This document shows, piece after piece, positions 62,682 through 64,000 of a DNA stretch of 64,000 nt (its first letter is position 1; every line of letters begins with the position of its first letter). Below the pieces are notes generated by a model. That model did no database searches. It was not told the DNA's origin and saw nothing but the letters and a program-made list of their open reading frames with translations. The position numbers and the translations under genes are program-made. Source of the DNA: Vermamoeba vermiformis (lineage: Eukaryota); the NCBI GenBank assembly GCA_045837725.1, contig JBEWZL010000098.1, forward strand, positions 248,001 through 312,000. Direction: 5' to 3'.

Positions 62682-63337
62682 CTAAGCAGTGACTAATTTC
62701 TTATTCTTGGACAATCGTCTAGCCTTGTATCTCTTCTTATCAGAAATCAGTCTGTAATCGCCGTCAGACAACATTTGATTGTGGCGCTTGATGCCTGAAA
62801 CTCGTTCTTGCTTCAATGCTGCACGCATGCCGCTGAGTTTAGTCACATCCGGTTTGACGAATCTCTTCTTGGGAAGGTTGAGAATAGTTTTGATCCAAGC
62901 AGGTTCATTGCCCGGCTTCCATGGCAGTGTAAAATCAGTTTTTTCGCCGCTGAACTTTTCCCAGGCCATCACTGTCTCTTCGAATGTTGCTGGTCCTTCC
63001 ACTGCACATCCAACACGTTAAAAAATATTCTAAAATATGCATATAGTGTATATCATATTTAATAGAGTATAGATACTATTAGAAAGCAAATACACGCAAA
63101 ACAAAATTATTGCGATTAATTAATAATAATTTTAACGACAGATTCGTAGCTATTATTGATAATAATTCGATATAAATGTAACACACTATATTTTCTAATA
63201 TATCTACAATATTATAATGATAACCTACATTTTTTACCACCAGCAGCTTTCTTTTTCTTCGCTCTTGTGATAAGAGTCATTTCACGGCTGAACAAGCCGG
63301 AACGCCTTGAAAATACACCAACAAGCGAGTTCAACAT
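62682..63337 (-). CDS. Probable mitochondrial ribosomal protein mL54 (MRPL54/Mrpl37-like)
   Basis: Presequence-like MLNSLVGVFSRRSGLFSR..RAKKKKAAG, one intron, then EPAWIKTIL and MRAALKQERVSGIKRHN, resembling the mL54 YPxWL and R..R...IK..N pattern. Confidence 0.55.
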
Positions 63338-64000
63338 ATTATAATATATTAATTATATGTTGGTGTCTGTACAATACAAAAAAATAAACAGAAAATATCG
63401 CGATCTCAGTTTTATGTCTGTCACGCCTGAAACACACCTCAGGTAACTGGTGACTGCAATACAACTATGTCACAGCATACAATATGTAGGAACGAATCAT
63501 GGAGTGCTTTGGGAAATTATCGCGGTTAGATGTGGAGATGGCCTCGCGCAACGGTAAAAATATATTAAAGCATGTATTATTATAGGCTGTCATATTTTTT
63601 TATATTCTAAGCGTAATCGGCGAGTAATTATTAAGTATACCGTGCAATTTATTCATATCATATTGTGGATATCTCCATTTTCGTATTTACGACCTCTAAA
63701 AGCCCATTTTGAATCCTAAACAGTGAAAACATCTTACATCCTTAATCTTAAAATTAGGATGAAGAATAACACCAAGCTTTACATACCTTGGCGAATGGTA
63801 ACCCATCCATTCCATTCGTTTGGAATAGTTTGGTAGAACGATTATACATTAGCAAATGACTCACAAATATTAGTCTTGACCTCAGAATATATTTTATTCG
63901 TGCCGAACGCCTGTTAAATCTCTTTAAGTAATTTGACGTCAAGAGGATTGATTTAATTGTTCCGCCATCGTTCGATAAGCTTGTAAAGCGTTTACTTGCC

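Noticed and set aside
63414-64000. Possible plus-strand exons at the window end
   Set aside because: Splice-like signals exist, but the joins I tried hit stops and no product is recognisable; needs the next window.
1-64000. tRNA, rRNA, CRISPR arrays and transposase/reverse-transcriptase genes
   Set aside because: None recognised by eye. The TGACA repeats are dispersed without spacers, flanking homology or target-site duplications, so they were not called CRISPR or MITEs.

Overview
Gene-dense eukaryotic DNA with many short (about 45-60 nt) GT-AG introns and CTAAC/CTGAC branch points. The gene content suggests an amoebozoan-like protist (inference only). About 22 intron-containing genes can be reconstructed by hand. 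The left part is mostly housekeeping/signalling: RhoGEF, APN1, RapGAP, two convergent RCC1-repeat paralogs, tryptophan 2,3-dioxygenase, a Crinkler-like gene, DCAF1, a UBE3B/C-like HECT ligase, a pseudokinase and a multidomain phospholipase D. The right end holds a LIM protein, UBL5, a Ras-like/WD40 fusion, PCIF1 and a probable mL54. Between them (about 33-54 kb) is a duplication-rich accessory island: three class C-like GPCRs with a bacterial-type solute-binding ectodomain and gene-conversion mosaicism, two LRR paralogs (one zinc knuckle/F-box/LRR, one with those domains deleted), a secreted five-domain L-type lectin and a Crinkler-type Ubl-NTPase. The most striking non-coding signals are (1) a 12-bp inverted repeat TGACA-CG/CC-TGTCA found 12 times, 11 of them in introns of unrelated genes, and (2) three minor-spliceosome (U12) introns, including an AT-AC intron and both introns of UBL5. 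All gene models and family calls come from manual reading and motif recognition; no database searches were run.
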